Below, piece by piece: positions 17,940 through 27,254 of a DNA stretch of 64,000 nt (positions are counted from its first letter, which is position 1; the number at the start of each line of letters is the position of its first letter). Source of the DNA: Patescibacteria group bacterium. Lineage in GTDB: Bacteria > Patescibacteriota > Patescibacteriia > Patescibacteriales > UBA12465. A model generated the notes under the pieces. The model was given only the letters and a program-made list of their open reading frames with translations, ran no database searches and was not told the origin of the DNA. The stretch is from positions 389,518 through 453,517 of the forward strand of contig JBAZBP010000001.1 in assembly GCA_041671365.1 (NCBI GenBank), in the 5' to 3' direction. The translations under genes were made by a program, and so were the position numbers.

Positions 17940-19193
17940 ATGTTAGATCTAAAATTAATTAGAGAAAAAACGGCGGAAGTTAAAGCCGCACTTTTAAAAA
18001 GAATGGACCAGGCCAAATTAAACTTGGAAAGGATTATTTCTTTAGACGATGAGCGTTGTCAGTTGACCAAGCAGCTGGAAGAACTGCAAGCCCAGCGCAA
18101 TAGATATTCTAAAACTAAACCAACGGCGGAAATTATTGCCGAGATGAAAATAGTGGGTGAAAACATAAAGAGCTTAACGGAAAAATTATCGGCCGCGGAG
18201 AAAGAATTAAACGATTACCTGCTGGAACTACCGAACTTGCCAGCGGCGGACGTTGTCGCCGGCGGTAAAGAAAATAACGAAGTAATTTTTACTTATGGTC
18301 AAAAACCGAAATTTAATTTTATCCCCAAAGATCATGTCGAGCTCGCCACCTCTTTAGATATTATCGATTATAAGCGCGCCGTTAAAATGTCCGGTAACGG
18401 TTTTTGGTGCTATAAAGGGGCCGGCGCTCTGCTGGAATGGGCCTTATTATCATATTTTATCGAATGGCATAATAAAAATGGTTATCAGTTTTTAATCCCC
18501 CCTTTTTTGTTGACGGAAAAATCCGCCTATACTTCCGGTCATCTGCCGAAATTCGGCGATGATTTGTTTTGGACTCAAGACGGTTTATGTCTAAACGCTA
18601 CGAGTGAAATGATGCTCGGTAATTATCATCGCGAAGAAATTTTAGACGAGAAAACCTTGCCTTTGAAATATTTTGCTTATTCTCCCTGTTTTCGGCGAGA
18701 GGCCGGCAGTTATCGGGCGGAAGAGCGGGGAATGATTAGGGGCCATCAATTTAATAAAGTGGAGATGTTTATCTTTTCACGGCCGGAAGAATCTTGGGAA
18801 ATGTTTGCGGAATTGGTTGATCAGGCGAAAAAATTGGTAATCGGTTTAGGCTTAAATTTTCAGATTTCTAAACTGGCGGCCGAAGATTGCAGTGCGGCCA
18901 TGGCCAAAACTTATGATCTAGAAATTTTTATTCCCAGCATGCAAATTTATAAAGAAGTTAGCAGTATTTCCAATGCCTTGGACTATCAGGCGCGCCGCGG
19001 TCAAACTCGTTATAAAAATATTGCGACCGGTAAAAACGAATTTGTCCACACGCTGAACGCTTCCGGTTTGGCGACCAGCCGGTTACTACCGGCGATTTTA
19101 GAGCAAAATCAACAGGCTGACGGTTCGGTGGTTATCCCTAAAGTTTTACATAAATATTTACCGCGGGGAATGAAAATTATTAAAGCCCGTTAA
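17940..19193 (+). CDS. serS: seryl-tRNA synthetase
   Basis: N-terminal coiled-coil MLDLKLIRE, class II motifs FRREAGS and GHQFNKVE, NASGLATSR. Confidence 0.92.
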   Translation: MLDLKLIREKTAEVKAALLKRMDQAKLNLERIISLDDERCQLTKQLEELQAQRNRYSKTKPTAEIIAEMKIVGENIKSLTEKLSAAEKELNDYLLELPNLPAADVVAGGKENNEVIFTYGQKPKFNFIPKDHVELATSLDIIDYKRAVKMSGNGFWCYKGAGALLEWALLSYFIEWHNKNGYQFLIPPFLLTEKSAYTSGHLPKFGDDLFWTQDGLCLNATSEMMLGNYHREEILDEKTLPLKYFAYSPCFRREAGSYRAEERGMIRGHQFNKVEMFIFSRPEESWEMFAELVDQAKKLVIGLGLNFQISKLAAEDCSAAMAKTYDLEIFIPSMQIYKEVSSISNALDYQARRGQTRYKNIATGKNEFVHTLNASGLATSRLLPAILEQNQQADGSVVIPKVLHKYLPRGMKIIKAR

Positions 19194-19212
19194 TTTAAAT
19201 TATTTCGGGAAT

Positions 19213-21246
19213 TTGAACATACTAATGAAAAAAATATTAATCATCATTTTAATTAGCGTATTTTTTTGGCCGCTCCTGTCGCGAGCGGTAGTTTTAAAAG
19301 ACGATTATCCGCGCTTGGCTAATTATTTTTTAAAATGGGAAATCAGCGATACTGAGGCGCTAGAATTGGCGAAATGGGATGTTTTAATTTTAGATATGGA
19401 AGTTCAAGAAAACAGCCGAGATCAATTAATTAAAATTAGAGAACTTAATCCGCGTATTATAATTTTAGCTTATATAACTTCTCAAGAAATTTTGGATAAT
19501 ATTAATGAATATAACCAGGCTTACGTTCGACAGGATTTAGATCGAGGATTATTTGACGGTTGGTGGCTTCGCGATGCTCAGGGTTATAAAGTCTCCAATT
19601 GGCCGAACACCTCGATGCTAAATTTATCAGACGGAGCCTTGCCCGATGCCAAGGGTGAAAGATTTAACGATTATTTACCGGAATTTGTGGTCAATAAATT
19701 AAAATCGACCGGTCTCTGGGATGGAGTTTTTTATGACAATACTTGGGGCGAGCTTAGCTGGGTCAGCAACAAAAATTTAGATTTGAATAATGATGGACAG
19801 GCGGAAAGCGCCGCGACGGCCGATCGTCTATGGGCCGAGGGATTTAAAAAAATGTTAGCTAAAACGCGCGCTTTAGCCGGCCGAGATTTTATTATTATCG
19901 GTAATGGCCGAGTTTACGAGGGTTATCAAACTATTTTAAACGGAGTAATGCTGGAAAATTTTCCTTCAGCCTGGGAAAATGGCGGCACTTGGTCGGGTTC
20001 GATGCAAACTTATTTAAAATTGCCGACCCTTAACGCTTATCCGCAAATTTCGATTATTAATATTTATGATAAAAATCAGCAAAATTATCGGCGGATGCGT
20101 TATGGCTTGAGCAGTACGCTTCTCGGCGACGGATTTTACAGCCATGATTACGATGTTACCAGTCCCGGTCAGACTTGGTGGTATGATGAATATAGCGTTA
20201 ACCTGGGAACACCCCGTTCCTCGGCTTATAATTTATTGGCTGCCCCCGGAGTCGGCGGAAATTGGTCGTCAGGTTTATGGCGTCGAGATTTTAAAAATGG
20301 AGTGGCGATAGTAAATTCGACCGCTAAAAAACAAGTTTATGTTTTCGCTCAAGAAGAGTTTGAAAAAATAAAAGGCGTTCAAGATAAAATTATCAATAAC
20401 GGCCAGAAGATTAATTATTTGTCTCTGGAACCGCAGGACGGCATTCTTTTATGGAAAAGAAGCACTTTAATCACAGATAGCGCTTTCGTTAACGGTTATT
20501 TTTATCGAGTTTATAATTTAGGCGGCGTCAAACAAGGCAATGGTTTTTTTTCTTATGTCGGCGCTTATCCCGGCGAAGCTGAAGTTATAATTTCCAGCAG
20601 TGACAATAATAAAAAGAATATGAATTTAAGCGGAGCGAGCGGCCAAGTCGGGATATATCAAAATGGTAAAAAAATTAAAACACTGGTTCCATACGGCAAT
20701 CTTTATAAAAAATCTTTGAGTTTGGCGGCGCCGCTTAAAGATGCTTACTGGCCAAATATTATTGTCGGAGCCGGAATTGGCGGCGGGCCGCAAGTTAGTG
20801 TTTTTACCGGAGACGGGAGGTTAAAATATAGTTTCTTCGCCTATGATAAAAATTTGCGCGGCGGCGTTAATGTCGCCGCCGGTGATTTTAACGGCGACGG
20901 TCAAATAGAGATAGCAACTGCTCCGGGGCCGGGAACAGAACCGCGGATAAAAATTTTTTCTTTATCCGGACGTTTAGAAAATAATTTTCTGGCTTATGAT
21001 TCTAAATTTAAAGGCGGCGTTAATGTCGCCGCCGGTGATTTTAACGGCGACGGACGTCAAGAGATAGCCACCAGCCCGGTTTCCGCCGGCGGGCCGCAGG
21101 TCAGAATTTTTAACAGTAACGGCCGGGTGCTGGGCAGTTTTTTTGCCTATGATCAGAGCTATCACGGTGGTATAAATGTAGCCGCCAGCGATATTAACGC
21201 CGACGGCCGGGCGGAAATTTTAGTCGGTCTTAAGAATTTTTATTAA
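19213..21246 (+). CDS. secreted protein: glycoside-hydrolase-like TIM-barrel domain (GH114/GHL-like) plus C-terminal FG-GAP repeats
   Basis: Signal peptide; WDVLILDME, NPRIIILAYIT, GLWDGVFYDN, GVMLENF; three VAAGDFNGDG-type repeats. Family assignment is from memory of motif patterns. Confidence 0.55.
   Translation: MNILMKKILIIILISVFFWPLLSRAVVLKDDYPRLANYFLKWEISDTEALELAKWDVLILDMEVQENSRDQLIKIRELNPRIIILAYITSQEILDNINEYNQAYVRQDLDRGLFDGWWLRDAQGYKVSNWPNTSMLNLSDGALPDAKGERFNDYLPEFVVNKLKSTGLWDGVFYDNTWGELSWVSNKNLDLNNDGQAESAATADRLWAEGFKKMLAKTRALAGRDFIIIGNGRVYEGYQTILNGVMLENFPSAWENGGTWSGSMQTYLKLPTLNAYPQISIINIYDKNQQNYRRMRYGLSSTLLGDGFYSHDYDVTSPGQTWWYDEYSVNLGTPRSSAYNLLAAPGVGGNWSSGLWRRDFKNGVAIVNSTAKKQVYVFAQEEFEKIKGVQDKIINNGQKINYLSLEPQDGILLWKRSTLITDSAFVNGYFYRVYNLGGVKQGNGFFSYVGAYPGEAEVIISSSDNNKKNMNLSGASGQVGIYQNGKKIKTLVPYGNLYKKSLSLAAPLKDAYWPNIIVGAGIGGGPQVSVFTGDGRLKYSFFAYDKNLRGGVNVAAGDFNGDGQIEIATAPGPGTEPRIKIFSLSGRLENNFLAYDSKFKGGVNVAAGDFNGDGRQEIATSPVSAGGPQVRIFNSNGRVLGSFFAYDQSYHGGINVAASDINADGRAEILVGLKNFY
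20860..21053 (+). repeat. two perfect 41-nt direct repeats 153 nt apart inside the FG-GAP region
   Basis: ggcggcgttaatgtcgccgccggtgattttaacggcgacgg occurs at 20860-20900 and 21013-21053. Flanks have diverged. Confidence 0.9.
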
Positions 21247-21253
21247 TAAATAT

Positions 21254-22306
21254 ATGATAAAATCAATTCATCGTTATTGGCGCCGACGCTGGGAAAAATA
21301 TTATTTAAAAAGTCATTGGCACACAATTTTAGATTTATCTTTGACCATTATCGTTATATTTTTAACGGCAATTATTATCGGTTTCTATTCTTATCGACCG
21401 AACGTTTCCGAGATTAAGATTAATTATCCTTCACCGGTCGACCTGAATAATCCGCCGCTCGAATTAAATTTTTCTGTAGACAATAAAACAATTGCTTTAT
21501 CCGACAGTGTCCAGCTTAAAATAAATTTTAAAAATAACGGATTGGAGCCGGTCAGCAACGTGCTGATTGATTTGGTTTCAGTTGATCAAAATTTTATTTT
21601 ATCTCGAATAAATTTATCGACCAGTACTCCTAACGAGACTTTAAAGGGACAAGAATTAATTTTAAATAATATTGCCCCCGGCCGGGACGGGGAAGTCAGC
21701 TTACTGGTTAATTTTAAAGCTAAAAATTCGCTGGAACGACTGGTTAACTGGCAAGCTCAGAGTCAATATAGCTTTAACGGACAAGTATTAAAACAAACCG
21801 AGACTTTACCGGTCTTAACCGTCACTGCGCAGCTAAGCGCCCGAAATGAGATTTATTATACCAGTCCTCAGGGTGATCAGCTGGGTGTCGGACCGGTGCC
21901 GCCAATAGTCGGAATTCCGACTAGCTATTGGGTTTTTTGGGAAGCTAAAAGTTCGGATGATTTTAAAAATTTAGTCTTCAGCGCCCGTCTGCCGCAAGGC
22001 GTAGAGCTTAAATCCGGACGGTCAATCCTGGCCGGTGAGTTTAATTATAGCTCTTCTACTCGGCAGTTAATTTGGAAAGTTCCGATGTTAAAGGGCCAAG
22101 ACGACAGTTATCGCCTAGGTTTTGAGATTCAAATAGTCCCCAGTATTCAACAGGTCGGCCAAATTATTGATCTTTTAAGTAGTCCGCAATATTACGCCAC
22201 CGACGTTTTAACCGGTCAAGCGCTTAGCGGCACGCTCGCCCCTTTAACGACTAATTTAGAAACCGATCGTTTTAATTCCGGCCAAGGAAAAGTTATAAAT
22301 CAATAA
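21254..22306 (+). CDS. hypothetical N-terminally anchored extracytoplasmic protein
   Basis: One TM (LSLTIIVIFLTAIIIGFY) followed by a beta-rich sequence. Confidence 0.5.
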   Translation: MIKSIHRYWRRRWEKYYLKSHWHTILDLSLTIIVIFLTAIIIGFYSYRPNVSEIKINYPSPVDLNNPPLELNFSVDNKTIALSDSVQLKINFKNNGLEPVSNVLIDLVSVDQNFILSRINLSTSTPNETLKGQELILNNIAPGRDGEVSLLVNFKAKNSLERLVNWQAQSQYSFNGQVLKQTETLPVLTVTAQLSARNEIYYTSPQGDQLGVGPVPPIVGIPTSYWVFWEAKSSDDFKNLVFSARLPQGVELKSGRSILAGEFNYSSSTRQLIWKVPMLKGQDDSYRLGFEIQIVPSIQQVGQIIDLLSSPQYYATDVLTGQALSGTLAPLTTNLETDRFNSGQGKVINQ

Positions 22307-22323
22307 TTAATAGAGTCATTATA

Positions 22324-23184
22324 ATGTTAGGTTTGATTCATCATAAAAAAATAAAAAAAGACTACCAGCGAAAAAATTCACCGAATCCTTTTTTTCGTCG
22401 TCCGCCGAAAGCAAAAAATTTTCATTTAACTCTGAAGTGGTGGTTAATTTTAGGTTTTTTGTCGCTATTTTTTTTAATTTGGTTGTTTTTGGCCGCGCCT
22501 TGGTGGCGCCTACAAAAGGTAACGATTAGCGGTTTAACCCGAGTGTCCGAAGGGGAAGTGGCTAAAATTATTTGGGATCAAAGCGCGACTAATCATTGGT
22601 TATTCTTTAATGAAAGTAATATTTTTTTATTTGACGGACAGGTTGCCTCTCAACAAATTATCGCCAAATATAACTTGGCCGGAGTAATCATAAAAAAAGA
22701 ATGGCCTCATACTTTGAATTTACTTATTAGTGAACGTCCTTATGCTTTTATTTACAAGGAGGGAAGTCAGTTTTTTTACGCCTCCAACGACGGATATATC
22801 ATTAAACAAGCAACGGTCAGCGAGGAGGACAAACAAAAATATTTTTTATTGGAAAACACTAATCACGACACCTTAATCGCTGATAATAATAAAATTAATA
22901 TCGGCAACGAATATTTAACCTTTATTTTAGCTCTGGACGCCGCCCTAAAGGCTCAGGCCGGTCTGCCGGTCGCGGAGTTCATTATCGATTCCGAACTTAA
23001 CACGGTGAAAGTTAAATTTATTGATGGTCCGATAGCTTATTTTAACGTTAAAGACGCGATTAATAGTCAAATTAACGTTCTACTGCTTGTCAAAAAGGAA
23101 AAAATCAAGGATAATTTTAAAAAGACTAATTATATCGATTTACGCTACGGTAGCCGAGTTTTTATTAATCCAAGTTTTAATTAA
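22324..23184 (+). CDS. FtsQ/DivIB-like cell division protein (POTRA domain)
   Basis: Basic N-terminus, TM, then LQKVTISGLTRVSEGEV POTRA-like start. Confidence 0.55.
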   Translation: MLGLIHHKKIKKDYQRKNSPNPFFRRPPKAKNFHLTLKWWLILGFLSLFFLIWLFLAAPWWRLQKVTISGLTRVSEGEVAKIIWDQSATNHWLFFNESNIFLFDGQVASQQIIAKYNLAGVIIKKEWPHTLNLLISERPYAFIYKEGSQFFYASNDGYIIKQATVSEEDKQKYFLLENTNHDTLIADNNKINIGNEYLTFILALDAALKAQAGLPVAEFIIDSELNTVKVKFIDGPIAYFNVKDAINSQINVLLLVKKEKIKDNFKKTNYIDLRYGSRVFINPSFN

Positions 23185-23195
23185 TTTTTAAATAT

Positions 23196-23336
23196 ATGGA
23201 AGCATTATTTAAATTTTTATTCGCCTTAGCGGTACTTATTTTTTGTATAACCATAGTTGGAATTTTTTTACTCATAATTAAAATAATTCTTTTATTCCAG
23301 CCGCAAGTGTATTTAATGGGGGTGATGTTAAGTTAA
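23196..23336 (+). CDS. possible 46-aa small membrane protein (not in ORF track)
   Basis: Hand translation gives MEALFKFLFALAVLIFCITIVGIFLLIIKIILLFQPQVYLMGVMLS. No other support. Confidence 0.25.
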   Translation: MEALFKFLFALAVLIFCITIVGIFLLIIKIILLFQPQVYLMGVMLS

Positions 23337-23385
23337 AACGTTCTTTTTTGCGATATTGGAATACCTGGGTTGAAGTTTGGCCTAA

Positions 23386-23413
23386 TTGACGTTTTCGCTT
23401 CCAATGCTATAAT
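23386..23413 (+). promoter_or_regulatory. sigma70-like promoter (TTGACG-16-TGcTATAAT) upstream of xer
   Basis: -35 at 23386-23391; extended -10 with TATAAT at 23408-23413. Confidence 0.5.
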
Positions 23414-23441
23414 AGGTTTATTAATATACATTATGCGAAGT
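23414..23441. other. dif: dif-like 28-bp Xer recombination site
   Basis: The reverse complement ACTTCGCATAATGTATATTAATAAACCT shares a contiguous 16-nt run, CGCATAATGTATATTA, with E. coli dif GGTGCGCATAATGTATATTATGTTAAAT. That run covers the whole central hexamer. Confidence 0.6.
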
Positions 23442-23564
23442 ATCATCATCTATTGATTATAGCGCCGTATATCAGATAAACCGAATAAATCTAAATAATT
23501 CTGATATTTTTTAACCCTTCCCTGATAGTTATGTTAAAAAATAATTCAGCGTCTAACTGCCCGC

Positions 23565-24521
23565 ATGGACAAAAATAAAACTATAATTAAATATCTGGCA
23601 GATTACCTGGATTATTGCGAGATTGAAAAAGGCTTATCTTCTAAAACCCAGGAGAATTATACTCGTTTTCTAAAAAAGTTTTTTAATTGGCTAAAGGAGA
23701 CCAACCAAGAGGGTTTAAAACCCTCTTCCCTGACTCCAGAACACATTTGGCGGTATAAAGTCTATCTGGCTCGTCATGTTGATCCTAAAGCCAAAAAAAC
23801 TCTAAAAAAAACTACGCAAAACTATTATTTAATTGCTTTACGTTCTATTTTAGAGTTTTTTGCTGAAAAAGATATTCCTTCCCTGCCGTCTTCAAAAATA
23901 AAATTAGCCAAAGATAAGGCCGATAAAGAAATTAAATTTTTAACCTTGGAGCAATTAGCTCGCTTATTGGAGTCCCCCGATCAAGGCAGTATCATCGGTT
24001 TACGCGATCGGGCTTTACTGGAAACTTTATTTTCTACCGGTTTGCGAGTCGCCGAGTTGGCGGCTTTAAATCAAGAGCAATTGCGAATTAAAACTGATAC
24101 TCTAGATATTGAGACGGCCATTATTGGCAAGGGTAGTAAAATTCGGACCGTTTATTTTTCCGATCGGGCCGTTAAGGCTTTACGTCGTTATCTGTCCGAG
24201 AGAAAGGATTTTGATGAAGCTTTATTTATTAATTATCGCCGCGGAGGCGCTTTAAAACAAGAATCACGGCGTTTAACCGTAAAAAGCATCGAAGATATCG
24301 TTAAAAAATACGTTAAAATTACCGGATTGCCGGTAATGGCTACTCCTCATACTTTGCGTCACTCTTTCGCCACCGATTTATTAAATCAGGGAGTTGATTT
24401 GAGAACAGTCCAAGAATTTTTAGGTCATAGTAATATCGCCACCACGCAAATTTATACTCATGTGACCAATAAGCAATTACGAGATATTCACCGGAAGATT
24501 CACGAGGGACGGAAATTTTAA
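23565..24521 (+). CDS. tyrosine recombinase XerC/XerD family
   Basis: N-terminal SAM-like domain; ETLFSTGLRVAEL, HTLRHSFATDLL, LGHSNIATTQIYTHV. Confidence 0.85.
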   Translation: MDKNKTIIKYLADYLDYCEIEKGLSSKTQENYTRFLKKFFNWLKETNQEGLKPSSLTPEHIWRYKVYLARHVDPKAKKTLKKTTQNYYLIALRSILEFFAEKDIPSLPSSKIKLAKDKADKEIKFLTLEQLARLLESPDQGSIIGLRDRALLETLFSTGLRVAELAALNQEQLRIKTDTLDIETAIIGKGSKIRTVYFSDRAVKALRRYLSERKDFDEALFINYRRGGALKQESRRLTVKSIEDIVKKYVKITGLPVMATPHTLRHSFATDLLNQGVDLRTVQEFLGHSNIATTQIYTHVTNKQLRDIHRKIHEGRKF

Positions 24522-25750
24522 GGCAGATAGCTTAAAGGATTAACCGGCAGACCGTTTAAACGCACTTCAAAGTGCAAATGCGGTCCAGTGGTGAAAGGGC
24601 CGGCGCCAATACTGCCCGGAGTGGCTCCGGAGCGACCAATGGCTTGACCCTGAGTAACATATTGATCAGTGGTAACGTAAGCGGCGGAAACGTGACCATA
24701 AACAGTCGATAGTCCATTACCATGAATAATCATGATATAAGCATAATTTTTAGTACCGTCAAATTTAATTTTAGCCACATAACCGCTCGCGGCGGCCGTA
24801 ATTGTTGTTCCCTGCTTAGCGCGAATATCCACTCCCGAATGTTCTCCAATAAGCTTACGATAAGGATAATCCGGGTCATGAAAGGTAGTAGTAATAATAT
24901 TTTGCGGTACCGGCCAATTAATCGTTCCGTCGCCTTCATTGAGGCGCAGCTGGTCTTTTTTAGACATTTTTTGCCTGACCAATTGCTCCGCGGAAGATAT
25001 TTCAGCTTCCGCTTGTCGTTGCAAGATTAGACCTTGCTGTAATAAAGCTTGATATTGTTTTTCCGAGGAATCGGTTTCTGCCAGAAGGTTATTTTTATTT
25101 TGCTGCTCATAAGTTAGATTATCATTTTTGATATTCAATTGAACTTTTAAATCTACGAGTTCCGCATTTTTTTGATCCAAATCTACTTTATTTTTATCTA
25201 ACTGTTCTTTACGGTTTCTTAAATCAGCCACATTTTTATTGAGCTCTTGGCTAGTGTCAGTCAGATATCGGGCCTGACTTAGAAAATCGCTCAAAGAATT
25301 ATTCAAAAGCAAGGCTTCTAGAGTAGAAACCTGATCTTGTTTATACATGTTTTGCAATAAAGTAGAAATATGTTGCTTGGTTGTCTCTATTTGTTGATCT
25401 AAATTCTGGCCATCCAATTCATTTTTCTGAATTTCTAAAGTAATTTTATTGATTCTTAAATTAACGCCGTCAATTTCTAGCTGGGCTTGCGTTAACTCAT
25501 CTTCAATAATAGACAACTGATTGCTCAGGGTAATTTTATCATTTCTTTTGGCTTGAATTTGCGCTTGATATTGCTGTTGCCGCGCTTGAAGAGTATCAAG
25601 TTGTTTTTTTTGATTTTGTATTTTTAGATTTAAATCTTGGATTTCTTGATCCAGATCGCCGCCATAAACCGTCTTCGGCTGCCTAAAAGAGCTGACCAAT
25701 AAAAATGAAATGATAAGCAAAATTAAAAATTTGAATTTTCTATTTTTCAT
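24518..25750 (-). CDS. M23 family metallopeptidase with long N-terminal coiled coil (EnvC-like)
   Basis: Signal/TM, Q/L/N-rich heptad region, HSGVDI, HGNGLSTVYGH, GPHLHFEV. Confidence 0.85.
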   Translation of the reverse strand: MKNRKFKFLILLIISFLLVSSFRQPKTVYGGDLDQEIQDLNLKIQNQKKQLDTLQARQQQYQAQIQAKRNDKITLSNQLSIIEDELTQAQLEIDGVNLRINKITLEIQKNELDGQNLDQQIETTKQHISTLLQNMYKQDQVSTLEALLLNNSLSDFLSQARYLTDTSQELNKNVADLRNRKEQLDKNKVDLDQKNAELVDLKVQLNIKNDNLTYEQQNKNNLLAETDSSEKQYQALLQQGLILQRQAEAEISSAEQLVRQKMSKKDQLRLNEGDGTINWPVPQNIITTTFHDPDYPYRKLIGEHSGVDIRAKQGTTITAAASGYVAKIKFDGTKNYAYIMIIHGNGLSTVYGHVSAAYVTTDQYVTQGQAIGRSGATPGSIGAGPFTTGPHLHFEVRLNGLPVNPLSYLP

Positions 25751-25770
25751 GGCTATATTTTAACATTTTT

Positions 25771-27237
25771 TTAGTTTTTTGTAAAATTTATCCCATTCAA
25801 ACGATTTAACGTTTCTGCTTTACCCAGAGCCCAAGCGACCTCAAAAGGACCAGGACTATTTTTTAAACCGGTCAGAGCCACGCGTAACGGCCACAAATAG
25901 TCGCCATTTTTATAATTATTTTTCTTTAGCCAGGTTAAAATTGATTTTTCCAGATTTTCTTTCGTCCAGTCTTTTTCCTTAATTTTTTCCACTTCCCCCT
26001 TTACTTCCTGAAGTTTTATGAGAGATTCTTTGAGAGTTAAAGTTTTCCAGCGCAATATTTCCGGATCATAGCTCGGCAGTTCAAATAAAAAATTAGTTAA
26101 TTCCACAATATCGCTTAATTTTTTTAAACGATCCTGAGCCAGACCGACAAAATTTTGTAATTGTTGTTCGTTTTGTATATCTTGTCCGGCTGCCTGGAGC
26201 CAGGGGCGGGACAAGTTGGCTAATTCGGCCGGTGATTTTTGGCGAATATAATAACCGTTAAAATAATCTAATTTTTCTAAATCAAAGACGGCCGGACTGG
26301 CCCCTAGTCCGTCTAGAGCAAACTTAGATTTCAATTCCTCAAGTGACCAAATTTCTTGATCGTTTTTAGGATGCCAGCCGAGTAAAACGCAAAAATTAAT
26401 TAAAGCTTCCGGCAAATAACCCTTAGCCAGATAATCCTCGACAAAAACATCCCCTTGGCGCTTGCTTAGTTTTCCGCCGCCAGTTTTATTCAAGATTAGA
26501 GGAAAATGAATAAATTTTGGCGGAACCCAGTCAAAAGCTTGATACAATAAAATATTTTTAGGATAAGACGGCAGCCACTCGTCACCCCGAGTAACATAGG
26601 AAATTTCCATTAAATGATCGTCAATAACATTGGCAAATTGGTAAGTTGGAATTCCGTTAGATTTAATTAAAACTTGATCGTCTAAATCAGCTAATTGAAA
26701 TTTAATATCACCGCGTAATTCGTCGCGGACTATGATTTCTCCGGCAGTCGGCATTTTCTGGCGTAAAACAAAACTATCTCCGGCCTGCGCACGCCTATTC
26801 GATTCTTCAAGACTTAATTTCCGGCATAAACCATCGTAACGTGGGGCTTCGTGGTTAGCTTCTTGAGCGGTACGCATGGCCGTTAAACGTTCGGCTGAAC
26901 AAAAACAACGATAAATTTTTTCCTCGTTTAAAAGTTGGGAAGCAAATTTATTATATATTTCTCGGCGTTCGCTCTGAATATACGGACCATACTGACCGCC
27001 GACATGAGGGCCTTCGTCAAATTCCAAACCCATCGTTTTTAGAATATTAATCAACTTTTCGGTCGCTCCGGCGACTTCCCTTTTTTGATCAGTATCTTCA
27101 ATTCTTAAAAGATATTTTCCTTTCCAGTTTTTAACGAGTAAATATCCGAATAAGGCGGTACGTAAATTGCCAATATGCAAAAAACCGGTAGGCGAAGGGG
27201 CTAGACGCAGACGAATTTTATTATTTTTAGAAGACAT
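25771..27237 (-). CDS. gltX: glutamyl-tRNA synthetase
   Basis: RLAPSPTGFLHIGNLRTALF (HIGH) and KLSKRQG (KMSKS). Confidence 0.92.
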   Translation of the reverse strand: MSSKNNKIRLRLAPSPTGFLHIGNLRTALFGYLLVKNWKGKYLLRIEDTDQKREVAGATEKLINILKTMGLEFDEGPHVGGQYGPYIQSERREIYNKFASQLLNEEKIYRCFCSAERLTAMRTAQEANHEAPRYDGLCRKLSLEESNRRAQAGDSFVLRQKMPTAGEIIVRDELRGDIKFQLADLDDQVLIKSNGIPTYQFANVIDDHLMEISYVTRGDEWLPSYPKNILLYQAFDWVPPKFIHFPLILNKTGGGKLSKRQGDVFVEDYLAKGYLPEALINFCVLLGWHPKNDQEIWSLEELKSKFALDGLGASPAVFDLEKLDYFNGYYIRQKSPAELANLSRPWLQAAGQDIQNEQQLQNFVGLAQDRLKKLSDIVELTNFLFELPSYDPEILRWKTLTLKESLIKLQEVKGEVEKIKEKDWTKENLEKSILTWLKKNNYKNGDYLWPLRVALTGLKNSPGPFEVAWALGKAETLNRLNGINFTKN

Positions 27238-27254
27238 ACAAGTAAGCTTGGTGA

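Noticed and set aside
20860-21053. 41-nt perfect direct repeats as the ends of a mobile element
   Set aside because: Both copies lie in-frame within consecutive FG-GAP modules of one gene, with a period of 153 nt (51 aa). Domain duplication or gene conversion explains them.
23463-23501. 8-bp inverted repeat ATATCAGA...TCTGATAT with a 23-nt spacer in the xer leader
   Set aside because: It is short and A/T-rich, so chance occurrence is plausible. It is kept only as a possible secondary regulatory element next to the much stronger dif-like match.
23337-23564. tRNA or other small RNA gene in the larger intergenic gaps (also 12810-13097, 29504-29693, 34713-34883, 59949-60082)
   Set aside because: No cloverleaf-compatible acceptor and T-arm pattern (GTTCRANYC-like) was recognised by eye. 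The gaps are explained by promoters, terminators and the dif-like site. A covariance-model scan would settle it.
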